Source: Heterodontus francisci (lineage: Eukaryota). From it: DNA of 64,000 nt. The number at the start of each line of letters is the position of its first letter. Within the stretch, counting starts at the first letter, position 1. The position numbers and the translations under genes are program-made. Positions 50,901 through 63,289 of this stretch are shown here, piece by piece. The notes beneath the pieces are model-generated. The model did not search any database and was not told the origin of the DNA. It worked only from the letters and a program-made list of their open reading frames with translations. The stretch is taken from contig NW_027141112.1 of the NCBI RefSeq assembly GCF_036365525.1, positions 3,348,001-3,412,000 of the forward strand, in the 5' to 3' direction.

Positions 50901-51529
50901 GAGCTGACATTTTTTTTGTCCCAACAAGGCTATAATCAATATCGCAATATAGTGCTTCTTGTAGTCAGTCAGGAAAACTTACCTAAGAAATAAAAAGCGA
51001 TGCATAAGAAGATTCAGATTGTCACTTTGTGGCTCTCAGTGTTGCGGTTTGCAATCGTATTTCGGTCGAGGGCGACGTGAGGACGCAGTCAGTCTATCTG
51101 GTCTTTTGACTTTTTTATTCGCTCTCCAACACTTTCTGGAATTCTTCTACTTCTATGATTTCACTTCTAAAAATATTCATGATCTCTGTGCACCCCAGCG
51201 GTGGGAGCCCTACCTTTTAACCCTTTATGACTGTCAGGCCATTTGTGTTCGGCTGAATGATTGGCTCAGAACTTGTTATGGTTGTTGCTATCCCACTTGA
51301 GGTGACAGGACACCTGCCAAAGTTGTGAAAACATCTATTCACTTCAGTTATCACCCTCTTGTGCTGGCACAGGCAGTCCTAAATTTGTACAAATCTGGTT
51401 CATTTTTAGACAGGATGCTGAAGGTTGTCAAAGTTCTCAATTTATTTCTGATGGCAGAAACAATACATTATCGTTAGACTTTTTTTTGTTTACATTGTGA
51501 AAGTTACATTTATGCTCTATAATCCGACA

Positions 51530-54495
51530 TGACAGAGATGGAGGTAAGAGAGGAGGGGGAGTTGTACTATTGATTAGGGAGGACATCACGGCAGTACTTG
51601 GAGAAGATATTCCGGGGGGGAACGTCTAGCAAGGCCATATGGGTAGAATATAGAAATAAGAAAGGGGTGATTACTTTTATGGGATTATACTATAGGCCTC
51701 CCAATAGTCAGAGGGAATTGGAGGCTCATATGTGGAGGGAAATCACAGATAGGTGTAGGAATTATAGGGTTGTAATAGTAGGTGATTTTAACTTCCCGAA
51801 TATTGAATGGGACTGTCTTCGAACAAAGGGATCAGATAGGGAAGAGTTTGTTAAGTGTGTCCAGGATAGTTTTTGAAGCAGTGTGTGGATGGCCCTACTA
51901 CAGAAGAGGCTACACTCGACTTCCTCTTAGGAAATGAGGATGGGCAGGTGGTTGATGTATCAGTGGGGGAGCTCTTTGGGACCAGTGATCATAACTCTAT
52001 TGGCTTCAAGAGAGTTATGGAAAAGGATAGGGGGAAGGCTAATTTCAGTGGAATGAGACACGATCTCTCAAAAGTTGAATGGGAGAGGCAGTTTACAGGT
52101 AAAGGGACGTCTGGCAAGTGGGAGGATTTTAAAAGTGAGATAGGAAGAGCTCAAGGGCGGCATATTCCTGTTAGATGGAAGGGCAAGGCTGGAAAGTTTA
52201 GGGAACCTTGGTTGACGAGGGATATTGAGGGTCTGGTCAGGACAAAGAAGGAGGCATATGTCAGGTACAAACAGCTGGGATAAAACGAGTCCCTCGAGAA
52301 CAAAGAACAAAGAACAAAGAAAATTACAGCACAGGAACAGGCCCTTCGGCCCTCCAATTCTACGCCGATCCAAATCCTCTATCGAAACCTGTCGCCTATT
52401 TTCTAAGGGTCTGTATCTCTTTACTTCCTGCCCATTCATGTATCTGTCTAGATACATCTTAAAAGATGCTATCGTGCCCGCGTCTACCACCCCCGCTGGT
52501 AATGCGTTCCATGCACCCACCAGCCACTGCGTAAAGAACTTTCCACGGATATCCTCCCTAAACTTTTCCCCTTTCACTTTGAACTCGTGTCCCCTTGTAA
52601 TTGAAGTATAGGGGATGTAGGACTACACTTATGAAGGAAATTAGGAGGGCGAAAAGGGGGCATGAGATTTCTCTGGCAGTTAAGATGAAGGAGAATCCTA
52701 AAAGATTCGATCAGTATATTAAGAGTAAAAGGATATCTAAGGAGACAGTAGGTCAACTTAAGGATCAGTGTTGTAATCTATGTGTGGAGCTGCGGGAAAT
52801 GGGCGAGGTCTTAAATGAATATGTCTCAACTGTATTTACCGTGGAGAAGGTCATGGGAGCTAGTGAGTTCAAGGGAGGGAGCACCAATATCCTGGAGAAT
52901 ATCAACATTACAAAATAGGAGGTGTTGAAGGTTTTGAAGCACATTAAGGTGGATAAATCCCCAGGGACTGAACAGGTGTATCCTCGGATGCTAAGGGAAG
53001 CAAGGGAAGGGACCGTGGCAGAGATTATTGTTCGCCACGCGTGATTTACTGGAAGGATAGCTAATGTTGTGCCTTTATTTAACAAGGGCAGCAGGGATAA
53101 GGCAGGGAACTACAGGCCAGTGAGCCTTACATCAGTGGTGGGTAAGTTATTGGAATTGACTCTGAGACACAGAATTAACATGCATTTGGAAAGGCGTCGT
53201 CTGATTCGGGATAGTTAGCATGGCTTTGTGCGTGGGAACTCATGTCTCAAGAATTTGATTGAGTTTGTCGAGGAGGTGACGAAGAGGACTGACGAGGGCA
53301 GGGCGGTGGACGTTGTCTAAATGGACCTTAGCAGGGCCTTTGACACGGTCCCGCATGTTAGGCTGGTCTGGAAGGTTCGAACGCATGGGTGAGCTAGCCA
53401 CGTAGATACAAAATTGGCTTGGTGATAGGAGGCAGAGGGTGTTCGTGCAGGTTTGGTTTTGTTTTTTCAGATTGGAGGCTGGTGACCAGTGGTGTGCTGC
53501 AAGGATCGGTGCTGGGCCCTCTGTTGTTTGTCATATATATAAATGACTTGGATGTGAAAGTAGGTGTCATAATTAGTACGTTTGCAGATGAAACCAAAAG
53601 TGGTGGTATAGTGGACAGTGAAGAAGGTTGTCTAAGATTACAACAGGATATAGATCAACTGGGAAAACGGGCAAGGGATTGGAAAATGGAATTCAACGCG
53701 GACATGTGCAAAGTGATGCATTTTGGGAAGTTAAACCAGGACAGGACGTATATAGTATATGGCAGGGCCTTGGGGAGTGATGTTGAGCAGAGAGACCTTG
53801 GGGTGCAAGTACATAGTTCCCTGTAAGTGACAACACAGGTTGACAGGGCGGTAAAGAAGGCAATTGGCATGCTTAAATTCCTCATGCGAGGCATTGAGTA
53901 CAAGAGTTGGGACGTCATGTTGCAGTTGTACATAACATTGGCTAGGCCTCATTTGGAGTATTGTGTTCAGTTTTGGTCGCTGCATTACAGGAAAGATGTG
54001 ATTAAGCTAGAGAGGGTGCAGAAAAGATTCACAAGGGTGTTGCATGGTTTGGAGGGCTTGAGTTGTAAAGAGAGATTGGATCGGCTGGGTCTGTTTTCCC
54101 TGGAGCGAAGGAGGCTGAGAGGGGACATCATAGAGGTATATAAAATTATGAGAGACATCGGTCGCGTAGGTATCCAGAGTCTGTTTCCCATGGCAGGGTT
54201 GACTAAAATTAGAGGGCATAGATTTAAGGTGAGAGGGAGGAGATTTCAAGTGGATCAAAGGAGTAAATTATTTCACACCAAGAATAGTGGGTATCTGGAA
54301 TGAGCTGCCAGAGGAGGCACGATAGTACCAACATTTAATAGACAAATGGACAGGTATTTGAATGAGTAAGCAATAGAGGGATATGGAATTAATGGAGGCA
54401 GGTGGGATTAGTCTCGATAGGCATTATGGTCGACATCGATGCGGTGGGCCGAAGGGCCTGTTTTTATGCTGCAGGACTCTATGACTCTATAACTC
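51530..54495 (+). mobile_element. CR1 LINE ORF2 (APE to 3' end), disabled
   Basis: YYRPPNS, GDFNFP, SDHNS, GVLQGSVLGPLLF and FADETK motifs; (CTCTATGA)n tail. Confidence 0.93.
52298..52604 (-). mobile_element. Younger CR1 3' end nested in an older CR1
   Basis: Closely matches 19340-19644, including the tail. Host sequence is continuous on either side. Confidence 0.9.
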
Positions 54496-54689
54496 TAAAA
54501 TAACGAGGCGATGTCACAGCTTATGGAGGCAATCGTGATCAGCCAGATAATTTTCTTCATTGGCCTCTGCTTGAAAGGCTATTATCAGCCTTTCTCACCA
54601 CAAGCAAATGGGTGACCAGGGGCCATCTGACTCCTGAATGTGACCCCATATTTGGGGGTGGGGCATAAAATCGAACCAGAATTGTGGAG

Positions 54690-54915
54690 GCTGTTTTGGC
54701 GTTTGGCACAGTTAGCTGCACCATCCTCCTCCAACGCCTCTCCGCTGTCACCCAGCTGGCTGGGGCTTCAGTCACCTGGTTCCACTTTTATCTGGCTAAT
54801 CATAGCCAGTGTGTCACTTGCAATGGCTTCTCTTCCTGCTCCAGTAATGTTAACTCTGGTGTCCCCAAGTATCTATCGTGGTCCCCTCCTGTTTGTCATC
54901 GACATACTGTCGCTG
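54690..54915 (+). mobile_element. L2 RT fragment
   Basis: TILLQRLS..WFHFYLANHSQCVTCNGFSS..VNSGVP. Confidence 0.8.
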
Positions 54916-57900
54916 GGTAACAGACAGAAATACGTGCAGAAAAAGGACAAAACAAGCAACATATACTCGAGAGGCAGATACAATGACAAATCGACAGCGA
55001 TAATAAGAGAAGATAAAGGTAGTGTCAGGAAGTGAGTTTAACCCATAGAGTGCAATGACTATGTATCCTTTTTTAGACAACGCCTTATAATGAGCCAGGA
55101 GAATGTATGTACTGGTGTTTGAGAATCGACAGATGAAACAGGCAGTCAGGTTAATGTCTGTTCTTGGCAATGCACTTTGTGGTTTTATGTCTATTGTAAA
55201 GGTCATGCGTACAGGATGAGCAATATTCCCACTCAGTCTTGTCTAACTGACCCTGCTGGCATTTACTGCAGTAATTTAATCTGCTGCTACGTACAATGTG
55301 CAACTTTACTGGTGAACTTTAGTCTTGTGCAATAAATCAGAATGCATTCTTAGCCCTTCTTCTGTGTTGCAAACTCGGTCCCACTGCGCTGTCGCTTTCT
55401 CTGGCTTCACAGCATGTTTTATTGTTGATTCACATTGCATATTAAAAATGGTGGTTGGCGAAATATAAACCAAACACTGGATCTGAAAAACTCTCAGAAT
55501 CAACGCAGTTTTTTGTCTAACCTGTAAAAGAAAAGCTGGAATTGCACAATCTGCACAAAATGTGCTCTTCCTGTGCGTTATCTCAAAATAATAAACTTCA
55601 GTCCATTTAATTTAAACAGATGTCATTATTTCATTCTCTGTGTTAAAAACCTTCGAATTACAAAATCCACGCAATATTCTCTCTACAGTAGCTCACATTT
55701 CGAGGTTTAATTCACTTCGTCCATTACATTCCCTGTGTTAATTCCCAAATTAAACACAGTTTGGAGGTTGATTATAGTAAACCTGTTCATATATTATAAA
55801 AATTTATTTAAAATGATGAACAAATTATGTTTTTCGATATCTATCGCCTGTGAGCTCTGACACGTCCGAACGCTTCAAGGACACTTAACAGCCTACTCCC
55901 CTTTCATATTACATCGTACAAAGGATTGGAGCAAACAGCGACAAACTCATAGGGAATTTGATGTTCAATGGTCCATTTCTGCCATCTTTGGCAGCATTCT
56001 CGGTAAGCAAACTGGGATGTTAAAGTGAATTGGTGATGCCAAAATCTGCAGCAATGGGCGAAATCCATATTCCAGAACCTATGAGGCCAGGACTAGACCC
56101 ATTGTGACTATAAGTGTTGATTGGAATGGTAGAAATCTTTTGCTTTTCCAGAAATCAAATGGATCAGGACAGCAACAAAAAAATAACGAGGCTCCAGAAA
56201 TATACTGGGAAAATAGCACTGGGCTTCTATATGACTATTGGAACGAAATAAATCGATTGGAATCCAAAAATACCGGGTAGAAAATAAATGGTTTTCCAGA
56301 AATCCGCTTGCCTGGGTGAAACCAATTTGGTTTACAGAAAGAAATTGGTTCAGGATAAATCTGTTGTGTTGAAGAAATACATCGTGTTCGAGAAATCAGT
56401 TGAGGCAGAAAATTCTGCTGGTGTTCCAAAAATTTACTGGGGTTCAAGAAATCCAGAATAGGCCGAGAAGTCCATTGGTGCATCACCAGTGGAATTATGA
56501 CCGCCAATGTAAATATAATTCTTGCCCCATTGTACAGGTTCCTTCCAATAATTTCTTACCTGGGCAGCTAGAAAATTTAAATGAATGGGATAGGGCTCTG
56601 CACTGAGGAGCACAGGGACTCACATTGTTAAAAACAATTTTGTCATGTCGTGTCTGGTACCTTTGCATCTGTGTGCTCCAGTTAGTGGCTATTTGGCACT
56701 AGAAATAGTTTCCTCTTAGTCACTCTGTGGAAACAATTGACGATTTGAGGCACCTCTATCAAATATACACACCACTCTCTCTGTTCAAAGAGGCATTTTA
56801 TTCGCCAAAGGGGAGATGTTGTTATATCAAATGCCACCGCATAAATTTCATTTGAATTGCATTTCGAGTTTGGGATGGACACTCTCATAAAGGACATGTT
56901 CGAAGCATAGTGGGCTGGCAGCGACTTTTGCAAAAACACTAACAATAACATTTTCGCAGAGACCCAGGCTATAAGAATTACCTGCGAAAAAGTGCCCATT
57001 TCACCAGATGACAGGCTGCATTTCCCGTTCAAGACAGAAAGCAGCTATTTAAAATTTGATTGCACGTGCTGGCCATTTCTCTAAAGGCAGCTCATTTCTG
57101 GAGTGAGCCAAGTGAAGTTGCATGAAATAACATGCCTTCGAAACGATGGGAGAACAGGAGAACTTAAAATTTGTAATGTGTAACGAGGCAGAATTAATTA
57201 ATATTCAGACACCAAATGAGCAGCGAGCAATGAGTGGTCATAATATGTCAGAGGCAGACCTTCAGTTTGAGGAGAAAGGTAACACACGTGCAATTCTATT
57301 CACCTTAAATAAGGCTGGCATGAAATGAGACGTAAACAGACAACTTCAACTCACAGTTTCTCTCACTAATTGTTCTGGACATTCCAGCACTTTATGATAG
57401 TGAATTATTCACACTGCTGCTTCTTTCTCTTTACTTATGCTCATCTCTTTCCCTCGTTTTCACTCTCCCCGCTCTTTCTCTACGTCCCTATCTTTCTGGA
57501 GAACACACGCCCCGCAAACTGTGACTTACTTTCACATACGAATTATTCCTTACATTTTCGCTTGTGTTATTTTCACATGCCCAATGTTCACTTATTCTAT
57601 TCTCAGAGTCGATTTGTTCAATGGTGAATCGTCTGTGAATAATTTAATATATCTACAGAACACCCAAGTTTCCTCCTATTCACCTACACTCTTCACTTCA
57701 TCTACAATGCATTGAAATAACAGGATCGAAAGCTTCTTCCAGAAAAACTTCGCAATCATTGAAATTCCTTCTCTGAAATTATAAAGTAACCATTTAGTAT
57801 ATGGGACTGCTTAATTAATAAAAAACAAGAACATCAGCGCTGCAGCTGATAATCTGCAGATAAATTCGAAAGACTCTTGATTCGAACTGATAGAATGTAA

Positions 57901-58521
57901 ATCAATAAAACATCACATCAATACTTTCTATTTTACAGTCCAGTGACAGTGAAGGCTCCATAGTGAAGCAGAGAAGGAGATGTGAAAGTGTCAGCAGCAA
58001 ACTCAGTTTAGTTGCCAGACTTCTGAAGCAGCGACAGACACACACAGAATGAAATAATATTTGAAAACTGTGATAACCAATAAATACATTGGAATCTCAG
58101 TTAAACTGGGCCATGTTATTGGGGAGGAAGGATATCGTGCTGTTCCCTTGTAACACTGAGACAGTGAGATTTCTCATTATCAGTCACCGAAAAAAAACAT
58201 TCATAAAACAATTCCAGGACTGGTTAGATCCACATCATGACTGTTAATACCTCCTGATGGATTGATTTCTGATCCTAACCAAAATACCTCATTGAATACA
58301 CAGAATAATCCAGCAACAGTGCCACGGTTACTTAAAACAACAGGATTAAAGACATAATACAACTTCTGTAAGACTGGAAGTGTAGTCAATGAGGAGATTC
58401 TATCAGTAAATTGCTGGAAACGACCAGGTGGCTGTGTAAAACACGCATTGAGAGATAATATTGTGTACAGCAGCACAGTGAACAAATATTTCGGTAAGTA
58501 ACAGCTGAGATACATGCTTAC

Positions 58522-58591
58522 CAGGAACTGCAATTGCTGCAAGTACAGGATGGTAAATGCCTTCCACCTGATACATTACTGGAACTCCCAT
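58522..58591 (-). CDS. GPR139/142-like GPCR paralogue, coding exon 1 (exon 2 not found)
   Basis: MGVPVMYQVEGIYHPVLAAIAVP, then phase-1 donor G|GTAAG. Same 70-nt length and IYHPVLAA motif as 24779-24848. Confidence 0.8.
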
Positions 58592-58654
58592 TTCTATGAG
58601 AGGTAGAGACTACTGTTCGCCTGGAACCCACAGTTTCAGCAGGCACTCGGAGCT

Positions 58655-58688
58655 GATTCATTCCAATGGGTCCTGATTTATACAGGGG
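58655..58688 (-). promoter_or_regulatory. TATA-containing core promoter of the GPCR paralogue
   Basis: TATAAA at 58682-58677; the block is homologous to 24697-24732. Confidence 0.55.
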
Positions 58689-59149
58689 ATAGGTCTCCGC
58701 AGTCACAGTTATACCCTGATCATAGCTATTAGTTACAGTCACCTGAACAAACGCATTACATCAGCAGCTTTGAATCTGATGAAAGCAATGTGGTGGATTA
58801 AACACAATTATTTCAATTTCAATGGCATTTTCTTAGTAAGACTTCTCTCAGGAATAAACCTGAAATCTACACTCATACTGGACAGATCCTACAATTACGT
58901 GTGGCGTCATTTGCATTTTACATATTATTGTATTGGCCTTGTTCACTCTTGGCGTTTCAATTGTAAATGTAATTGATCTGTGTGCAGTGGACACTGAATC
59001 CTGGGGCAGGAACAATGCCGTTTCTCTGTGTTCCTGCTTTTCCCAGTTAAAATGTGAACTTTGATTCTCTGATTCAGGACCATGTTCAGGGTTACAGCCT
59101 AGAAACTACTGTGGGTGATATTAGGGGGCAAACACTGTGCACATCCACT

Positions 59150-59533
59150 GGGACGCACGACATAGGGATAATATCACTGGGTAAGTAATCCAGAGGCCCA
59201 GCCCAATGGCCTGGTGACTGGAGTTCAAATCCCATCATGACATATGCTGGAATTTAAATTCAATTAATTAACAGAAGTCTGCAATTGAAAGCTGCTCTCT
59301 GTAATGGTGCCATGAAACTATCATTGATTGTTGTACAAACCCACTTGGTTTGCTAATTCCTTTCAGAGAAGGAAATCTGCCATCCTTACCTGGTCTTGCC
59401 GACATGTTGCTACAGACACAGAGCAATGTGGCTGACTCTTAACTGTCCTCTCAAAAGGCCCAGCAGTCTGTCAAGGGGAACAAATGCTGGCCTTGTCAGC
59501 GGAGCTCACATCAGATGAAAGAATAAAAGAAAA
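59150..59533 (+). mobile_element. tRNA-headed SINE, near full length
   Basis: B-box GAGTTCAAATCCC at 59221, core GAAGGAAATCTGCCATCCTTACCTGGTCT, tail ACAAATGCTGGCCTTG...GAATAAAA. Confidence 0.85.
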
Positions 59534-59609
59534 TCTTCTCTCTACTATTTCATTGCAGATATTTACCTGTTTATTCTACAGTGGTTAATGGCTTCGGTAA
59601 AATTGCAAG

Positions 59610-60485
59610 AATACCAACTCCTGACTCCTTACCTCCAGTCCACTGCTGACCAGACACCCAAATATCAGCTTCCCACACTATCAACTGCTCCAAATCCCTG
59701 CTTCCATGTCCAACCCTCACCAAGTCCCTCTCGCCCAACACCTTCAGCCTAATTGACCTGCATTGACTCCCAGTCCTCTAAGTACTTACAATTATAATTC
59801 TTACCATTGGGTTAAAATTCTTGCATGTCCTCACCAGTACTCATCTCCAGCCACTCCTCCAAACCAGCAGTAAACCCATCCGTGATCTCCCCATAGCTCT
59901 GACATTGGTATCTTTCAGTGGGACTGTCCCCGCCTGTTTCCAATATTTCTGATCTGATTTTTATCAGAGCATCTCCAGCAATGGCCTCTCTTCCAACGCC
60001 AGCACTGTTAACTGTGGAATCCCAGAACTTTCTATTCTTGCACCCTCCTCTTCTGCATCTACACACTACCCGCTGGCGACATCATCTACACATATGGGGT
60101 TAGTTTCCACATGTGTGCTGGCAACACCCAACTCCAGCTCTCCATCATCTCTCTCGATCCTCCACTGCTCTGTGTTAACAGACTGTAACAGTCTGTATTC
60201 CATGAACTGCAATATCCTCCAATTAAACATGGGACAGAGCGAAGTCTTCACCTTTGCCTCCACCACAGACTCCACTCTCTTGTCATTGAGTCCATCGTCA
60301 TCCCTTGCTGTTGCACTGCGCTGAATATGATGTTGTGTAAGATATGCTCCTTATTCATCCCTGACCTGAGTTTCCGACCTGATGTTTTCTCCATCAGAAA
60401 TGATGCCTACTTCCACCTTCTTAACATCTCCGACGTCTGTCCCTATATCAACCCATCAGGCACTGAAAACACTCAATCACTCAGC
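59610..60485 (+). mobile_element. L2 fragments (3' region and RT)
   Basis: DLHXLPV-like block near 59755; CAGNTQLQL (YADDTQL-like) and NILQLNMGQSE near 60115-60240. Confidence 0.65.
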
Positions 60486-61544
60486 TGTGTAAGATTATTA
60501 GGTTACTAAAAGCTACTAAACAGAGTACTCATTGTTAAATTCCAGTTATTATAAACTAATTATTGACCTATTACTATAAACGAACATTTAGCTTTATTGG
60601 AACCTTTCTTAGTATGGAAAAGCGGGTAAACTTAGAAAATAGGACTCCGTATAGACAAGATGTCATGGACTCTGGGAGATTTCGTAAAATTTTTAAATTC
60701 TTCCTTGCTGCATAAGGCTGATACCTTGACAGCAGACAATTAAAACAGCTTCTGTGTAGATTTGGCTTGTAATAAGATAAAGAATCTCGAAATGTGACCG
60801 CATTGAGATACAGTAGTCAACACAAAGGGGTACTATATGTACAAATCCCTCACACAATTATTCTTGGTTAGTTCAGAAAGTCATCCACTCATATAAAACT
60901 AATCACTGATCGGGAGAAAGAGTGTGAGTGAGAAAGAAGTGGGGGAGGGAAACGTGATTGGTGGAGACCGCTCAAGACCCCAATGTCGAATATCCACTTT
61001 GGACGTCATGAATTCTCTCATCCTTCCAAAGGTTGGTCAGTCATCCTGTGAGCGGAACCTTTACCCGAGGGACCCGGTGAGCAGTTGTTCCAAATCTCGG
61101 ACCCGTTTGCCGCACCAGCTGTGGAATATTCAGCGCCACCTCTGCTCCCAGCACCGCGCCCCCCACCCCCAAACCAGGCAGTCAAATGAGCTGGGCTAAT
61201 GCAATTGCCCCAACAACACCCCTTCAGCCGTTCCCACTGCTCCACCTCCTGCCTCAGCAATCAAAAGAAAGAACAATCAGTAAACTTTTCTGAATTCTTT
61301 AATTGAGAACGGTACGATCCCACTGCAATCAAATAGCTTCCTCATGGGCACCGTATATAGGGTGGGGGAGGGCGCTTTATCGCAGCAGAGGTGCTGTTCA
61401 GGTCTTCAAAAGTACTTGAAAAAGGTGTGTTGCATGCACGCGGAGACAGTTTTATGCACAGGAAGATGCTATTAGCACATCATTCAGCTTTGTTTTTTGC
61501 TGCCTGTGTTTTATTTTGAGAGCAGAATGGGGATTTTTTTTCTT

Positions 61545-61915
61545 TTTGAATCTTCTGTTCTGCGGTTGTGCGGGATCACTGGCAAGGCCTAGCATTTATT
61601 GCCCATCTCTAATTGACATTGAGAAGATGCTGGTGAGCTGCCTGCTTGAACCGCTGCAGTCCATGTGGGGCAGGTACACCCACAGTGATGTCAGGGAGGG
61701 AGCTTCAGGATTTTTACCCAGTGTCCTAGTTATTCGATTCAGCGGAACACTGGTCCCAGCTCGGTTTAAGTGGAGCCCGACCCAGTGGAAGATGTCTCTC
61801 TTTCGCCAGTACTGGTTCCAGTGGCCCAGGAAGTGAAACGTCTGCCTTTCAAGCCACTCTTTCGCACCCACATTTAACCTTCTAATCTGTTTTTTTCTGT
61901 GCCAATTGGCGGGCT
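61545..61915 (-). mobile_element. 3' tail of second CR1 family joined to a CR1 ORF1 esterase fragment
   Basis: ORF 61596-61991 contains FHFLGHWNQYW..VGLHLNRAGT; tail GCATTTATTGCCCATCTCTAATTG on the + strand. Confidence 0.75.
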
Positions 61916-62384
61916 GGTCAAACTGGGGCTCAGCCGAAAATGACCAAAATTGATTATCGTTCGACACAGGGATTAAGGGTGATGTACCCACGACAAGCAG
62001 ATGGGTTTAAGATCCATATCAGCTGAGATGCCACTGAATAGGGAACAGGATCAAGGGAACAATCCCACAGCGATAACAGGTCAGAACATCCGTAATATCA
62101 CTGTAAAGGCATCAGTCACATTCCATAATGGTCACATTATCATTCCTGACAGTTTTTTCCTTCTGGCACATGGCTCAGGTTTTACTTGACGTCCAGGAGG
62201 TAAAGAATAAAATCTGTCTTCTTTCATACCAAGCAAATAAGAGCAAATAAACTCCTGGGGGTGGGAAAGTATCAGTGAAGGAGGAAAATGATGCTCATGC
62301 ACCTTCCTAATGTATTTCAATTTCCCACAGAACAGTATCTCGTCTTTAATGTGCCAGGATATGAAGCAGGTCTATGTTGTCACA

Positions 62385-63100
62385 GTCCCATATTGAAAGA
62401 GTGGTGAATAAAGTGTATGGGATCTTAAGCTTCATAAACAGAGGCACAGAGTACGAAAGCAGAGAGGATATGCGGAACCTTTATAAAGCTCTGGCTAGGC
62501 CCCATCTGGAGTTTTGTTTCCATTTCTGGTCACCACACTTTAGGAAGGAGGTGAGGGTCCTTGAGAGGGTGCAGAGGAGATTTACCAGAATGGTTCCATG
62601 GATGGGGGATTATAGCAAGAATGTTAGGTTGGAAAAGCTGGGTTTATTCTCATAAGAACAAAGGAGATAGAGGGAGATTTATTAGAGGTGTGCAAGATTA
62701 TGACAGGCTTCGATAAGTTGGACAAGGAAACACTGTTCACATTAACAAATGGTAGAAGGCCTAGGGGATACAGGTTGAAAGTTTTGGGCAAGAGATGCGG
62801 GGGGGGGGGGGTGGAGTTGCTGTTGGTGGGGCGGTGGAATATGAAGAAGCACTTTTTTACGGAGTGGTAGGTAATGACCTGGAACTCGTTGCCCACAACG
62901 GTGGTGGAAGTGGAGACGATCAATGACTTCACGAGGAAGTTGGACGTCCACCTGTGAGCAGTAGATTTGCAGGGCTACGGGGATCGACTGGAGAATGGGA
63001 CTGATGAATAGCTTCGTAGAGAGCAGGCAAGGACTCGATGAGCCGAGTAGCCTCATACTGTGCTGTGAAAGACTCTGTAACGATAAGACTCTATGACTCC
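62385..63100 (+). mobile_element. CR1 3' fragment
   Basis: RPHLEFCFHFWSPHF..LERVQRRFTRM; CTCTATGACT tail. Confidence 0.9.
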
Positions 63101-63289
63101 CGCTCTTGCATTCCACGCACAAGGTGGGTGCTGTTAACCTTTGTGAAATTGCACATCCCCATTCAGCTGGTTAACCCACTGTTCAAATTCTCTGACCGGG
63201 GGCCAGGTTTGTGTTTTACACCCACATTATGCAGTAACAGTGATGCAGTATGCAGTTATCTCAAGACGATAGGGAATACAAATTATGCT

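Noticed and set aside
55861-56004. Third GPCR exon 1
   Set aside because: It has a donor and a hydrophobic end, but no in-frame ATG after the stop at 55858, no IYHPVLAA motif and no matching promoter block.
58025-58052. Similarity KQRQTHTE to KQRQTHRE at about 55933
   Set aside because: The match is short and does not extend, so it is likely chance.
58201-58542. 113-aa hydrophobic ORF as GPCR continuation
   Set aside because: It is in a different frame from exon 1, reads through the donor into intron and has no GPCR motifs.
59150-59240. tRNA gene (A and B boxes)
   Set aside because: It is the tRNA-derived head of a SINE, continuing into the SINE core and tail, with no intact cloverleaf.
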